DNA of 64,000 bases from Caecitellus pseudoparvulus. Taxonomy: Eukaryota > Protista > Bigyra: Bicosoecida. The DNA is taken from assembly GCA_965644315.1 (NCBI GenBank), contig CBFFRQ010000015.1:40842-104841 (forward strand). Reading direction: 5' to 3'. Positions 1 through 12,600 of this stretch are shown piece after piece. Position numbers and translations under genes: made by a program. Within the stretch, counting starts at the first letter, position 1. Each line of letters begins with the position of its first letter. The notes under the pieces were generated by a model. It was not told the origin of the DNA and did not search any database. It saw only the letters and a program-made list of their open reading frames with translations.

Positions 1-310
1 GGCGGGCCCTTCCCGCCTGGTGGTGGCGGGCCCTTCCCGCCTGGTGGTGGCGGGCCCTTCCCGCCTGGTGGTGGCGGGCCCTTCCCGCCTGGTGGTGGCG
101 GGCCCTTCCCGCCTGGTGGTGGCGGGCCCTTCCCGCCTGGTGGTGGCGGGCCCTTCCCGCCTGGTGGCGTGGGGCTGCCACGAGGTGGTGGCGGACCCTT
201 CCCACCTGGCGGTGGCGGACCCTTCCCGCCTGGTGGTGGCGGGCCCTTCCCGCCTGGTGGTGTGGGGCTGCCACGAGGTGGTGGCGGACCCTTCCCGCCT
301 GGCGGTGGCG
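1..310. repeat. 24-bp coding tandem repeat (GGCGGGCCCTTCCCGCCTGGTGGT; PPGGKGPP on the minus strand)
   Basis: About 7 perfect units from position 1, followed by variant units. A second 24-bp array (PPPRGGAP) lies at ~770-912. Confidence 0.95.
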
Positions 311-1105
311 GGCCAGGTGCTGGTTTGGGGGGATTCGGTGCGCCAGGTGGACCTGGTGCTGATTGGGATGCAGAAGGAGGAGCAGGTGGCTTGGCTGAGT
401 CCGAGCCTGCAGCTGGGGAGGGGGGGGCTCCTCCAGGTGATGGGGGACCAGGTTTCTTCCCAGAAACGGCAACAGATCGCCGCCCACCTGGAGGTCCGGG
501 AGGAGGAGTTCCATTGGGAGGCGGTAAAGGTGACCCCTTTGGAGAGGGTGGTGGTGGGCCACGAGGGGAAGGGGGAGCCTTGGGCCCTGAAGGACTACCC
601 GGCGCAGGAGGTGGTGGGGTTGCACCCTTTGGCGCCGGGGGGGCACCACCACGGGGAGGAGGGGGGGTGCCGCCCTTCGGCGCAGGTGGTGGACCACCAC
701 CAGGAGGGGGGGGTGTGCTACCACGTGGTGGCGGAGGGGCACCCCCTTTTGGTGGAGGAGCACCGCCTTTAGGCGGGGGTGGTCCGGCACCACGAGGTGG
801 TGGTGGCGCTCCGCCACTTGGCGGTGGTGGCGCTCCACCACGAGGCGGTGGTGGCGCTCCACCACGAGGCGGTGGTGGCGCTCCACCACGAGGCGGTGGT
901 GGCGCTCCGCCCCCTGCAAATAGAAAAGGACAGGGTGGGGATGAGTGGAATGTGGGAAGCCTCCATCAGCTTGTAAGGCGAGATTGCGTGCTTGGGCGCT
1001 GGTCGCGGCGACCAAAGCTTGCCAAGCTCGTCGGAGAGCAGCCAGAGCAAACCCAGGGACACAAGTCAAAGAGCATCACTCACGAGGAGGGGGTGGTGCA
1101 GCCAT
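1..1105 (-). CDS. Proline/glycine-rich protein, N-terminal part (runs off the window start)
   Basis: Exon 1 1105-1084 (MAAPPPP), phase-1 intron GTGAGT...TTGCAG 1083-914, then an open exon reading RGGAPPPPRGG...PPGGKGPP to position 1. The splice restores the repeat phase. Confidence 0.7.
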
Positions 1106-1477
1106 GGAATTGCTAATCTGTCTGCAGAGCTGTGAACTGCGGTATAGCTTGCTCCCAGGCTGCAGTGCAACTGCCTTGCCAGCTGCAGCGAAAACACCCC
1201 AGCAACGTGCCGAGCAAGAACTGGGAGAGGCAGACACGCCTGCAGAGCAAAACCTCGCCTCAGTGCAATCCTACAACTCTTTATTGTGCCGTCATGTGCA
1301 AACTGCTCATGATGGTGAATGGGACTGACAGCCTGCTCGTACATGGTTGACATGCAAGCGAAAGCGCGTGGCCTGAGCGCGCAAGCAAGAAAAGCAAGCA
1401 GCACTCATGCAAAACTAGCAAAACAAGGCCACACAATGCATTAACACCATTGCCGTTTGAATTAACGATCGAAACTT

Positions 1478-4400
1478 TCAGGCGTTGCCAGTGCCCGCCG
1501 GTGGGCGCGCTGTGCGGATGACGGCGCCCATGCCCTGGCTCTTGACGAGCAACGCAAAGCGCTGCACGTGGGACAGCTCGTCCGTGGACAGGGAGGCGTA
1601 GTCAAACACACCACGCAAGTCGGTGTAGCCGTCCTTGTAGAACTTGCCCTTGCTGTCCCCCGCGGAGCGACGGCTGAACACCTTCACATACACCTTTGGC
1701 AGGGGCCGCCCGCTGGCCGAATCACGCACAGACACACGCCCAGCGTTCTCCACCACGTGCACACGCATGCTGTTGGCAAAGTACGGCGCGGTGCAGTGGA
1801 TGCCTGCGCCCACCGCCTCCACCAGCACGTTGCGGGAGCTGTACTTGTCTGGCAGGGGGATGACTGTCTCGGACTCCACGCCTGCTGCCACTGGCGCCGG
1901 CAGCTCGTGGCCCACCACGTCGTTGGGCCGCACAAAGGCGAACTGCCCCACACTGCCACTGGAGCCGCCGCTGTCCGCCGTGACGAAGGCTGACGTGGAG
2001 AACAGCAGCTCGATGTCCATGAGGTAGAAGCGCAGGGACACGGCTGACAGGTTGCTGTACGTCACACGCACGCCGCTGCCTTCAGCCATGATGTCCAGGG
2101 ATGGCGCGCTGCTCATCAAGGCACTGGTCTGCTTCTCCCGCGCCAGCTCCTTGTCCTCAGCCGCGTCGGCATGCAGCGTGCTGTCCTCGCCTGCCGCTGC
2201 TGCTCCGGCGCCGCCTGCGCCATCTGCTTCCGCCAGCTGGGCTGCCACGGCGGCAAACTTGCGCTGCCACTTGGGCACGGGGTACTCCGCATATGCAGCT
2301 GCGACAGCCCGAGCCACTGGCTGGTCGTCGACGTTGAAGAAGTCCAGGTATGCTGCCAAGTAGTCGTACATGAGCACACCCCACTGCCCCTCCAGGGCTG
2401 CACCTGTCAGCGTCGCCGCCACAGTGCTGGGTGTGCCACGAGCACCACTCACGACAGAGCCAGGCGGCACAGGCACCTTCGCAAACTGTGCCTGAGCATC
2501 CATGACGCGGTCCTGCAACAGCAAGTGGTACACGATGGCCAGGCGGGCGGAAGTGGTGATGCGGTCGCTGGGGGTGTATGCCAGCACCTCCAGCAACCGG
2601 CGCCACTGCTTGCTCTGCTGCACGTTCATGATCTTGCGTGATGCGCCCAGCTGGTGTGCACGCGCATTCACCAGGGGGGAGTACTCCAAATGCTCATACG
2701 CCCCCGTGCTGCTATGGGGGTCCATGTACATCTCAGCTGCGCCGGGCTGCCCCGACACCCATGGCTCAGGCGCAAAGGACACCAGGGATGACGCCAGAGT
2801 GGGGAAGACGAAGCTGCCCAGGCGGCCCCCGTTGGACTGCTGCAGCAGCCACTGCCGAATGCCCCGCACGTCGCCGTGCTTGAAGGCATACTGCCAGATG
2901 GTGCCGTTGTACACGCCACGAGCCGCCAAGGCGGACGTGATGGCATGCCAAGTGCTGGGGTCGCTGCACCTCCACGCCACCTTGCCCACATCCACGCCGG
3001 CCAAGGAGTGAGAGCACAGGTACGCCATCACTTGGGCCTCGCTGCCTTGCTGGCTGACATACTGCCATGACTCATGGTCCTCAAAGGTGGGCTTGTCCAC
3101 CACCTTCACAGCCGTGGGCCGGGCAGCTGCCACCAGCTCCTCATCAGCAGACACGTGCACTGGGTAGTGAGCGTACTCACCCAAGGCAGGGAAGTAGAAG
3201 AAGTACTCGGCCCGTGTCGTGGAGTACGCTGACAGGCGCTGGTGGAAGGACTTCATCACGAAGCCGTTGCGGAGTGGCACTGCGCCCTGCGGGATCTGCA
3301 GAAGGTAGTCCAGCTCCTGGCTCGCAGAGGACACGTTGGTGATGACGCACTGCACACCGTACACCTTGTGCCGCATGAACTCCCCACCAGCCACGTACTT
3401 GTCCACTTGCTGCCCCTTCACCGTCTTGTACCTGTCCGAGGGGTCAAAGTAGTTCTGCCCCACCAGCACTGTCGTGGCCTCTGGCTCGCTGGCCTCCTGC
3501 AGGTCCTTGTGGAACAGCACTACAGGCGCAGACTTGGCGGTGTACACCACCTTGCCCTCGCTCACCTGCACATCGGAAGCGTCGTCGTTGGTGAAGGGCA
3601 GCTCAATCACGGCCAGCGCCAGCAGCATCTCGTTCAGCGACCTGGCTGCCAGGGCGAAGTTGCGAGACACGAAGGGTACATACGCCGCATTGGCGCTGCC
3701 ATCAGGCAGGAAAGGCTCGCCGTACTTGGCACGGTGCATGGCAAAGTCAGCCCAGAACTCGGAGAAGGTGACGAGGTGGGTCGTGTTCTGGGTGGTCTTG
3801 ACGTTCCAGTAGTGCATCTCGGCGAACTCCTCGGTCTTGTCCAGGGAGCGGTACGCTTCCTGAGCTACACGCGACCTGGCATCCAGGTCAGCCTCCAGCG
3901 AAACCTCGCATTCATCGGCAGCAAAGTCCATGCAGAGGTCTCCGTCCGCCATTGCCATGGCCATTTCCGGCATCGGTGCCGCTGATCGCGCCATCGGCGC
4001 TGCGGAACGCTGTGGCGCAGAAGCAAAGCTCATAGCGGGCGAAGGCACCGCCATTGGCTTGGGTGGAGGCATGGCACCCCCTCCAGGCGCTGGTGCACCA
4101 AACAGATCATCAGCAGCCTTGGCGAACTTCTTCTTCTGCGCTCTCTCAGTGGACTTGATCTTGTCGGCCAGCGCGTGTGCCTTGTCGTCATCCTCCAGCG
4201 CGTTGGACGAGATGGCAGAGTTGAACACCAACTCCCACACCTCACTGGGCGTCGGCTGTTGCTCAGCACGGTCCAGTGCACTGGTTGCCAATAAAAACGC
4301 GTGAGCTGCTCCGTCTGCCGCCTCCACGGCCTCAGCGCGTGCAGAAGGCGTGTCATCGCCTGCCGCAGCAGGGGAACCAGCAGATGGCAGGCGCCCAATC

Positions 4401-7400
4401 AAGAGGGCACGCTCAGCATGGTTCAGCTGGGCAAAGGGACCAGGCGCAGCGTAGTACGTCAGGTCCTCACCCAGCACGAAGCGATCCATGAAGGTCTTGG
4501 CGCGCTTGCACTGCAGGTAGGGCCGCACGATGCTGTCGAAGAAGGCCCGGTCCCGCATGTACAGGAACAAGTGCACCTCGTGGCAAGCGTACTTGGAGTA
4601 CTTGGCGGCCTTCTCAGCAGGCGACAGACTAGGCCAGCTCACCAGCCAGGAGAAGTCCTTCGTCAGGGCGGCACTGTGGGTGCTGCTGCCGCCCGGCATG
4701 TGTGTGGACAGGCCAGTGAACAGGCGCAGGATGCGGCTGAGGGTGGCGTACTCCTCCACCTTCGTGTCGCTGGCAGCTGTGATGGATGCAGACTCCCCAG
4801 TGCGCAGGACCGAGATGCTCTTCTGCTGTGAGAAGTGCTGTGTGGGCGGCAGGGGGTACTCCAGAGACATGGGCCGTGCCCACTTGGCAGCAGCATCAGC
4901 AGCAGCAAGGGCGGCAGCATCGCCGCTCTGGGCTGCAGCATGTGCATCGGGGCTGGGCATGAGGCTGGTGGTGTAGCCTGCACATGACACGGCATCTGTC
5001 GCCACCACCGTGAGGAAGACTGGACCGGTGGCTTCTGTGGCCAGCTCAGCCAGGGGCACGCTGACACAGCCCTGTGCGTCAGGGGTGAGGTTGAAGTGCA
5101 GGCGAGCGGGGTGGGCCAAGAAGTCCAGCGTCACTTGGCTGCTGGGCGGGCCGTGGTGCCCGCCACCACCGCCACCGGCGCGGCGCCTCGCCCTTCCTCT
5201 TGAAGCAGCCATGCTCCTGGAGGGAGCAGCGGCAGCCCGTCCACCCGCCGTGAAGGAGTCGTACGCACTGCCTGCCGCTGCCTCCTGCGTGTCCGTCTGA
5301 GTCTTGCCGATGGCCCATGGGTTCAACAGCAAGGACGGACGGGGCAAGGTGTTCCCAGCCTGTGCTGCCGCCTGGGCACGGTCCAGAATGTACCGGTGCT
5401 CCTCACCCAGCAAGCGTGGCTTGATGTACTGGCTGCTCAGGGCGCCCTCCCCGCTGCTGCCGCCAATGGCACGATCCTCGTGACCCAGCTCCCCCAGGCC
5501 GTTCATCAAGGGGCTGTACGGGGCAAAGTGTGTCGCTGCCAGGTGCACTCGCACAGCCGCCTTGCCGCCACTGCCGCCTGCCGTCGCCACGACAACCTTG
5601 CCGTCTGGCGTCACAGACACATCCGTCACCCGCACAGGCTGTGAGGTGCTGCGCGCAAAGGCGATGCCAGACCGACGCACGATGGAGGCGGCGGTTGCAG
5701 AGGCTGCCGCTGGCGTGTGTGCAGCCAGCCCCGCGCCTGACGCTGCGGCAGCATCCATGACGGCGCCAGACGTCACGGCCTGTGCCGTGGCTGCGTCAAG
5801 GACGTGCACGACGATGTGCTCAGGCGCAGCAAAGTCACGGAACAGCGTCAGCTGGTAAGCGCCAGCAGGCATGCCTGCCAGGGTGATGCACCGCCCGGCA
5901 GGGTCGTGGGTCGCGTGCTCACGTGCATCTGCTGCCACAGCCATGCCCCCCAAGGCTGGGTGGTAGTAACTCCATGGCTGGCTCCAGTCAAGGCATGCAG
6001 CCAGCGGTGACGGCGTCATGCGCACCAAGGCGAAGGGTGTGCCTGATGTCCCGGCAGGGGCGTGGAAGGGCACCACCAGCGGCTCGCTTGAGCCCTCCAC
6101 CATGGTCAGCTCAGTGAAGAAGGCAGACATGGACGTGCCAGGCGGCACCAAGTCGAAGCTGGCCTGGGGGAAACGCTCGCCCACACTGGACTCGTCAGCC
6201 ACCGTGATGCTGTCAAAGCCCAGGCTGTGCAGGTCGCCGAGGCTGGCGAAGCCGTCAGCGCCCGTCCGCAGCACTTTCGTGTGCGTGCCCAGCAGTGGGT
6301 TGGCCATGCTCACACGCAGGTGCACGCCGGGCAGTGCCTCACCCGACTTGCCCAGCACGTACAGACGCCAGCCGCCTGCACCCGCCGATGGCCCAGCTCC
6401 TGGGCCAGTGGCAGCCCCCCCGTCAGTGGACCCACCAGCCACGTACCGCAAGTACACTGACTTCATCCGGTCAGTGCCGTCGATGCCGTTGACGATGGTG
6501 GTGTGTGAGGCAGTCAGGTGCTGCTTGGCCCCAGTGATGGCAGCGGTCATCGTGCCGTGCAGCGTGGCCGTCAGCTTGCGCAGGCCATTGGGCACGGCAA
6601 TGGTGAGGGTGGTCTCGCTGCCCTCGCTCAGCTGCACGCCCTTGAAGTCCTTGCTGGACGACACGCCGTCGCCGTCCGTGGACTCCACCGTCACACGCAC
6701 ATCCTCCAGCAGGGACAGCGGCAGAGGCAAGGGGGCGGCGGCCCCTGATGGCTGGTGGCGCAGGCGTGCCCGCAGCGCCACGGAGGCCTTGCGGTGGTCC
6801 TTCACCAGCCCCTCCTCCTCCACGTACCACGCTGCCTCCAGCTGGTAGTGCTCCGCGTAGTGCGTGAAGGAGGACAGGGAGGAGAAAGACCACGGCTCTG
6901 GCCCGTCACCCTGCTTCAGGGTCATGATGACACTCTGCCCAGGGCGGTCCTGCTGCGCGAACGGCACCATGATCTCGCCGTCCTCCCGCGGCGTGTAGGT
7001 GCGCCCCCCGATCCACAGCGACACATCCGCAGGGTTGGGCAGGGGGGAGTTCGTCTCGTCCAGGACACGGAACGCCTGCCCTGCAGCCGTCTCACGAGTC
7101 ACAAACCGCAAGGCACCCTTGCGGATGATGGCCCGAGCGGAGTACCCGCCACCCACCAGCTCCACGACAAACACGCCACGCCGAGCTGTCACGGGGTTGG
7201 ACAGCGCTTCGATGGGGAACGTGTGCAGGCCGCGCTGGATGGGCGGCGTGTCCAGGGTCACGGACCGGGTGTCGTTGGGGATGAGCCCGTCCAAGTCGAT
7301 GGAGGTGGAGATCTCCACGCCCTTCTCCTTGTAGAACGCCGTCGTGTTGATCTCGAACACGCTGATGGTGAGGGACGACACGTTCTTCAAGTACACGTGC

Positions 7401-9206
7401 AGCGACACGGGGTCCGTCACGTCGTACACTTGCTTGTTGTGCGGGGCCAGCTCCAGATCCACACGGTCCCGCAGGCGCTGCAGAGCGCCCTCACCCCCAA
7501 CAGCCGTCACCAGAGACGTGTCACTGCCACCCTTGCCTGCCAGCAGCAGCGCCTCGGCACGCCACCTGCTCAGGTCACGGTCAGTGACGAATGTCGTCAG
7601 GCCCTTGGGCAGTGCAGCACTCAGCGACAGACTGCCCAGCAGCTCCTGGATGCCGCGCTGCACAGTGGCAGTGTCGGCACCAGACGATGGCGCAGCCAGG
7701 CCGTACAGCCACCCCGCCGACGCGCCCTGCCCCGGCCGCACCAGCAGCCCAGAGCACTCGGCATCCTGCACCGTGCGGCGGAAGTCGCTGTTCCACGACG
7801 CGCTCTGGCGAGGCAGGCTCAAGAAGTGGAAGAAGTCCAGACTCCCGTACACGGCAGCACTCGCCGTGGGCAGGGAAATGCCGCGGGACCCCCGACCCAC
7901 CATGCGAGATAGGATGCCACCGCTGCCCTGCTCAGCGCTCAGCACCGTCTCCAAGCCCGGGTACCCCGCGGGGGCAGGGCCGGGCAGTCCCCCTGTCAGC
8001 CGCCCCGTCGTCACCTCCGCCAGCTTCACACGGTGGTAGTACACCGCGTGCAGCAACGGCAACATGAAGCCGGGCAGCTTCAACGGCGCCAGCTCGGCCA
8101 GCACCGCATCCAGGTACGCCTGCTTGGCCCCCACATCCATGTCGAAGTCCACGCTCTCCACACTCGCCACACGTGACACCAGCGCCTTCAAGTACGCCTG
8201 GTTCTTCCACACGGGCACCTTCCCGCGCTCACGCAGCATGCGCAGCTCAGCCAGCGTCAAGTCACGGAACAATGGAGCCCCCAGAGACGACGACATGTGG
8301 CGGGACTGGCCCAGTCGACTGCTCACGCCGTTCTCGTCAACGTACTTGTCCTCCGTCCGCGCAGCCAGCACCATCTCCACCGCCGCCACGCGCTCCGCAG
8401 ACGACAGATGGCGCGGCACGCCATGCCCGGCCAGCAGCCACCGCAGCAGTGGCCCACGGCGGGGGTCTTCGTTCAGGTACTGCCACACTGTCACGTCCTC
8501 CAGGGGTGGCCGCCCCGCGCTGTCCAGCTGGGACCGAGCCTTGGAGTCCACGCCCAGACCCTGCAGCAGCTGCCGCGGGCTCAGCTTGGACAAGTCCAGG
8601 CTCGTGGGCGTCGTGTCCTCCCGGTCGTCAGCGTGTGCAGGCAGGTCCTGCCGATGGGAAAAGCTCAGTCGGAAGTGCTCCACCAGGTCCTTGATCAGCG
8701 CCTTGTCCCCTGCCGTCACCTCGTCCTCGCTGGAGAACTTACTCAGGGCACGACGCCACTTGAACCGCTTCGCGTCCCCTGGCACATCGCGGTCAGCCTC
8801 GCGGGAAGCCAGGAATGCTTCGATGGCGCCCTCCAGATCGGCAGGGTACCCTGCACAAGGGGGCGAGGGGCAAGGTGTGCCCTGGGCGCCCTGAGCCGGC
8901 ACCGCCTCACCACGTGAACAGGAGTTTCACGTGCCGCCACACCAGAGCGGCCTGTGGCAGGGGTACCGCGCCCACGCACCTGACTGCTCGCTGAGGAGCT
9001 CCTGGAAGTAGTACCATCGATTGGATCCGGGCACGAGCTCGGACAGCACAGCCTTGCGGTCCTGTGGGAAGTGCAGGGTGTTGGCGTGGTGAAGCTGGGC
9101 GTGGTGGAGGGCACGGTGCCAGTGCGAGCTGAGCGAGGCCGCGACGCACGTCAGAAAGGGCCCACTTCTCAATGAAGTCCAGATCACTGGACTGCACGGG
9201 ATCCAT
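1478..9206 (-). CDS. Giant alpha-2-macroglobulin-like (bacterial-type MG-domain) protein, copy A, ~2503 aa
   Basis: Exons 9206-9150, 9061-8980, 8850-1478 (mirror of copy B). MG-like motifs: GVFVVEL...FRVLDETNSPLP; LYVLGKSGEALPG...RTGADG; LDFL...LTPDAQGCVSV; MG10-like VQCVITN...LLQIPQGAVPL...YFFYFPALGEY; C-terminal VRDSASGRPL...DGYTDLRG. No CGEQ thioester motif and no signal peptide seen. Confidence 0.75.
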
Positions 9207-9218
9207 GGCGATTCGGTC

Positions 9219-9661
9219 TTGTTACACGCCTGGGGAGGCTCTCGTTCGTAGAGAAGTCGGCAGTTGCTCAGGAGCTGAACTGCAGGCAGGAATGCAGCAC
9301 AGGGGACAAGTGGGTCCACAGAGTGCTGTGAATTGAAAGAAAAAGATGAGATTGTAAGGAAGGTGGGGAGGGGTTGGGGGGGAAAGGGTTTGAGAGTGGA
9401 GTGGAAGTGGCCGGTCGCAGAGGGACGAGCACGCGCGTTGCACACCGTCACCGCTTGCACGATGCCCTCCCGCCAAAGCTGCGCAGTTGTTCATGCTCAA
9501 AGTGGACGCACGGCCACAATAACACCATACTTTTTGCCTCGCTATCGCGTTTCAGGCCCATCCCGTGCAATTCTGAAGAGCGCGATCGAGGCGCCGCACA
9601 TCCTCACAACCACATTCGGGTGCATCTTCACGCCGGCGCTGAGGTTCAGGAAGAAAGAGCG
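9219..9661. promoter_or_regulatory. Putative bidirectional promoter between the two A2M-like genes
   Basis: Only unique sequence between the divergent ATGs at 9206 and 9674; lower GC than the coding arms. Confidence 0.6.
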
Positions 9662-9673
9662 GACCGAATCGCC

Positions 9674-12600
9674 ATGGATCCCGTGCAGTCCAGTGATCTG
9701 GACTTCATCGAGAAGTGGGCCCTCTCTGACGTGCGTCGCGGCCTCGCTCGGCTCGCACTGGCACCGCGCCCTCCACCACGCCCAGCTTCACCACGCCAAC
9801 ACCCTGCACTTCCCACAGGACCGCAAGGCTGTGCTGTCCGAGCTCGTGCCCGGGTCCAATCGATGGTACTACTTCCAGGAGCTCCTCAGCGAGCAGTCAG
9901 GTGCGTGGGCGCGGTACCCCTGCCACAGGCCGCTCTGGTGTGGCGGCACGTGAAACTCCTGTTCACGTGGTGAGGCGGTGCCGGCTCAGGGCGCCCAGGG
10001 CACACCTTGCCCCTCGCCCCCTTGTGCAGGGTACCCTGCCGATCTGGAGGGCGCCATCGAAGCATTCCTGGCTTCCCGCGAGGCTGACCGCGATGTGCCA
10101 GGGGACGCGAAGCGGTTCAAGTGGCGTCGTGCCCTGAGTAAGTTCTCCAGCGAGGACGAGGTGACGGCAGGGGACAAGGCGTTGATCAAGGACCTGGTGG
10201 AGCACTTCCGACTGAGCTTCTCCCATCGGCAGGACCTGCCTGCACACGCTGACGACCGGGAGGACACGACGCCCACGAGCCTGGACTTGTCCAAGCTGAG
10301 CCCGCGGCAGCTGCTGCAGGGTCTGGGCGTGGACTCCAAGGCTCGGTCCCAGCTGGACAGCGCGGGGCGGCCACCCCTGGAGGACGTGACAGTGTGGCAG
10401 TACCTGAACGAAGACCCCCGCCGTGGGCCACTGCTGCGGTGGCTGCTGGCCGGGCATGGCGTGCCGCGCCATCTGTCGTCTGCGGAGCGCGTGGCGGCGG
10501 TGGAGATGGTGCTGGCTGCGCGGACGGAGGACAAGTACGTTGACGAGAACGGCGTGAGCAGTCGACTGGGCCAGTCCCGCCACATGTCGTCGTCTCTGGG
10601 GGCTCCATTGTTCCGTGACTTGACGCTGGCTGAGCTGCGCATGCTGCGTGAGCGCGGGAAGGTGCCCGTGTGGAAGAACCAGGCGTACTTGAAGGCGCTG
10701 GTGTCACGTGTGGCGAGTGTGGAGAGCGTGGACTTCGACATGGATGTGGGGGCCAAGCAGGCGTACCTGGATGCGGTGCTGGCCGAGCTGGCGCCGTTGA
10801 AGCTGCCCGGCTTCATGTTGCCGTTGCTGCACGCGGTGTACTACCACCGTGTGAAGCTGGCGGAGGTGACGACGGGGCGGCTGACAGGGGGACTGCCCGG
10901 CCCTGCCCCCGCGGGGTACCCGGGCTTGGAGACGGTGCTGAGCGCTGAGCAGGGCAGCGGTGGCATCCTATCTCGCATGGTGGGTCGGGGGTCCCGCGGC
11001 ATTTCCCTGCCCACGGCGAGTGCTGCCGTGTACGGGAGTCTGGACTTCTTCCACTTCTTGAGCCTGCCTCGCCAGAGCGCGTCGTGGAACAGCGACTTCC
11101 GCCGCACGGTGCAGGATGCCGAGTGCTCTGGGCTGCTGGTGCGGCCGGGGCAGGGCGCGTCGGCGGGGTGGCTGTACGGCCTGGCTGCGCCATCGTCTGG
11201 TGCCGACACTGCCACTGTGCAGCGCGGCATCCAGGAGCTGCTGGGCAGTCTGTCGCTGAGTGCTGCACTGCCCAAGGGCCTGACGACATTCGTCACTGAC
11301 CGTGACCTGAGCAGGTGGCGTGCCGAGGCGCTGCTGCTGGCAGGCAAGGGTGGCAGTGACACGTCTCTGGTGACGGCTGTTGGGGGTGAGGGCGCTCTGC
11401 AGCGCCTGCGGGACCGTGTGGATCTGGAGCTGGCCCCGCACAACAAGCAAGTGTACGACGTGACGGACCCCGTGTCGCTGCACGTGTACTTGAAGAACGT
11501 GTCGTCCCTCACCATCAGCGTGTTCGAGATCAACACGACGGCGTTCTACAAGGAGAAGGGCGTGGAGATCTCCACCTCCATCGACTTGGACGGGCTCATC
11601 CCCAACGACACCCGGTCCGTGACCCTGGACACGCCGCCCATCCAGCGCGGCCTGCACACGTTCCCCATCGAAGCGCTGTCCAACCCCGTGACAGCTCGGC
11701 GTGGCGTGTTTGTCGTGGAGCTGGTGGGTGGCGGGTACTCCGCTCGGGCCATCATCCGCAAGGGTGCCTTGCGGTTTGTGACTCGTGAGACGGCTGCAGG
11801 GCAGGCGTTCCGTGTCCTGGACGAGACGAACTCCCCCCTGCCCAACCCTGCGGATGTGTCGCTGTGGATCGGGGGGCGCACCTACACGCCGCGGGAGGAC
11901 GGCGAGATCATGGTGCCGTTCGCGCAGCAGGACCGCCCTGGGCAGAGTGTCATCATGACCCTGAAGCAGGGTGACGGGCCAGAGCCGTGGTCTTTCTCCT
12001 CCCTGTCCTCCTTCACGCACTACGCGGAGCACTACCAGCTGGAGGCAGCGTGGTACGTGGAGGAGGAGGGGCTGGTGAAGGACCACCGCAAGGCCTCCGT
12101 GGCGCTGCGGGCACGCCTGCGCCACCAGCCATCAGGGGCCGCCGCCCCCTTGCCTCTGCCGCTGTCCCTGCTGGAGGATGTGCGTGTGACGGTGGAGTCC
12201 ACGGACGGCGACGGCGTGTCGTCCAGCAAGGACTTCAAGGGCGTGCAGCTGAGCGAGGGCAGCGAGACCACCCTCACCATTGCCGTGCCCAATGGCCTGC
12301 GCAAGCTGACGGCCACGCTGCACGGCACGATGACCGCTGCCATCACTGGGGCCAAGCAGCACCTGACTGCCTCACACACCACCATCGTCAACGGCATCGA
12401 CGGCACTGACCGGATGAAGTCAGTGTACTTGCGGTACGTGGCTGGTGGGTCCACTGACGGGGGGGCTGCCACTGGCCCAGGAGCTGGGCCATCGGCGGGT
12501 GCAGGCGGCTGGCGTCTGTACGTGCTGGGCAAGTCGGGTGAGGCACTGCCCGGCGTGCACCTGCGTGTGAGCATGGCCAACCCACTGCTGGGCACGCACA

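Noticed and set aside
20-1116. Plus-strand ORFs 20-772 and 169-1116
   Set aside because: These are antisense shadows of the Pro-rich minus-strand gene, which has an ATG and canonical splice sites.
9978-10029. ORF-track start MPAQGAQG for the giant proteins (mirror 8902-8851)
   Set aside because: This GTG start lies inside the predicted second intron; the real start is the ATG at 9674 (mirror 9206).
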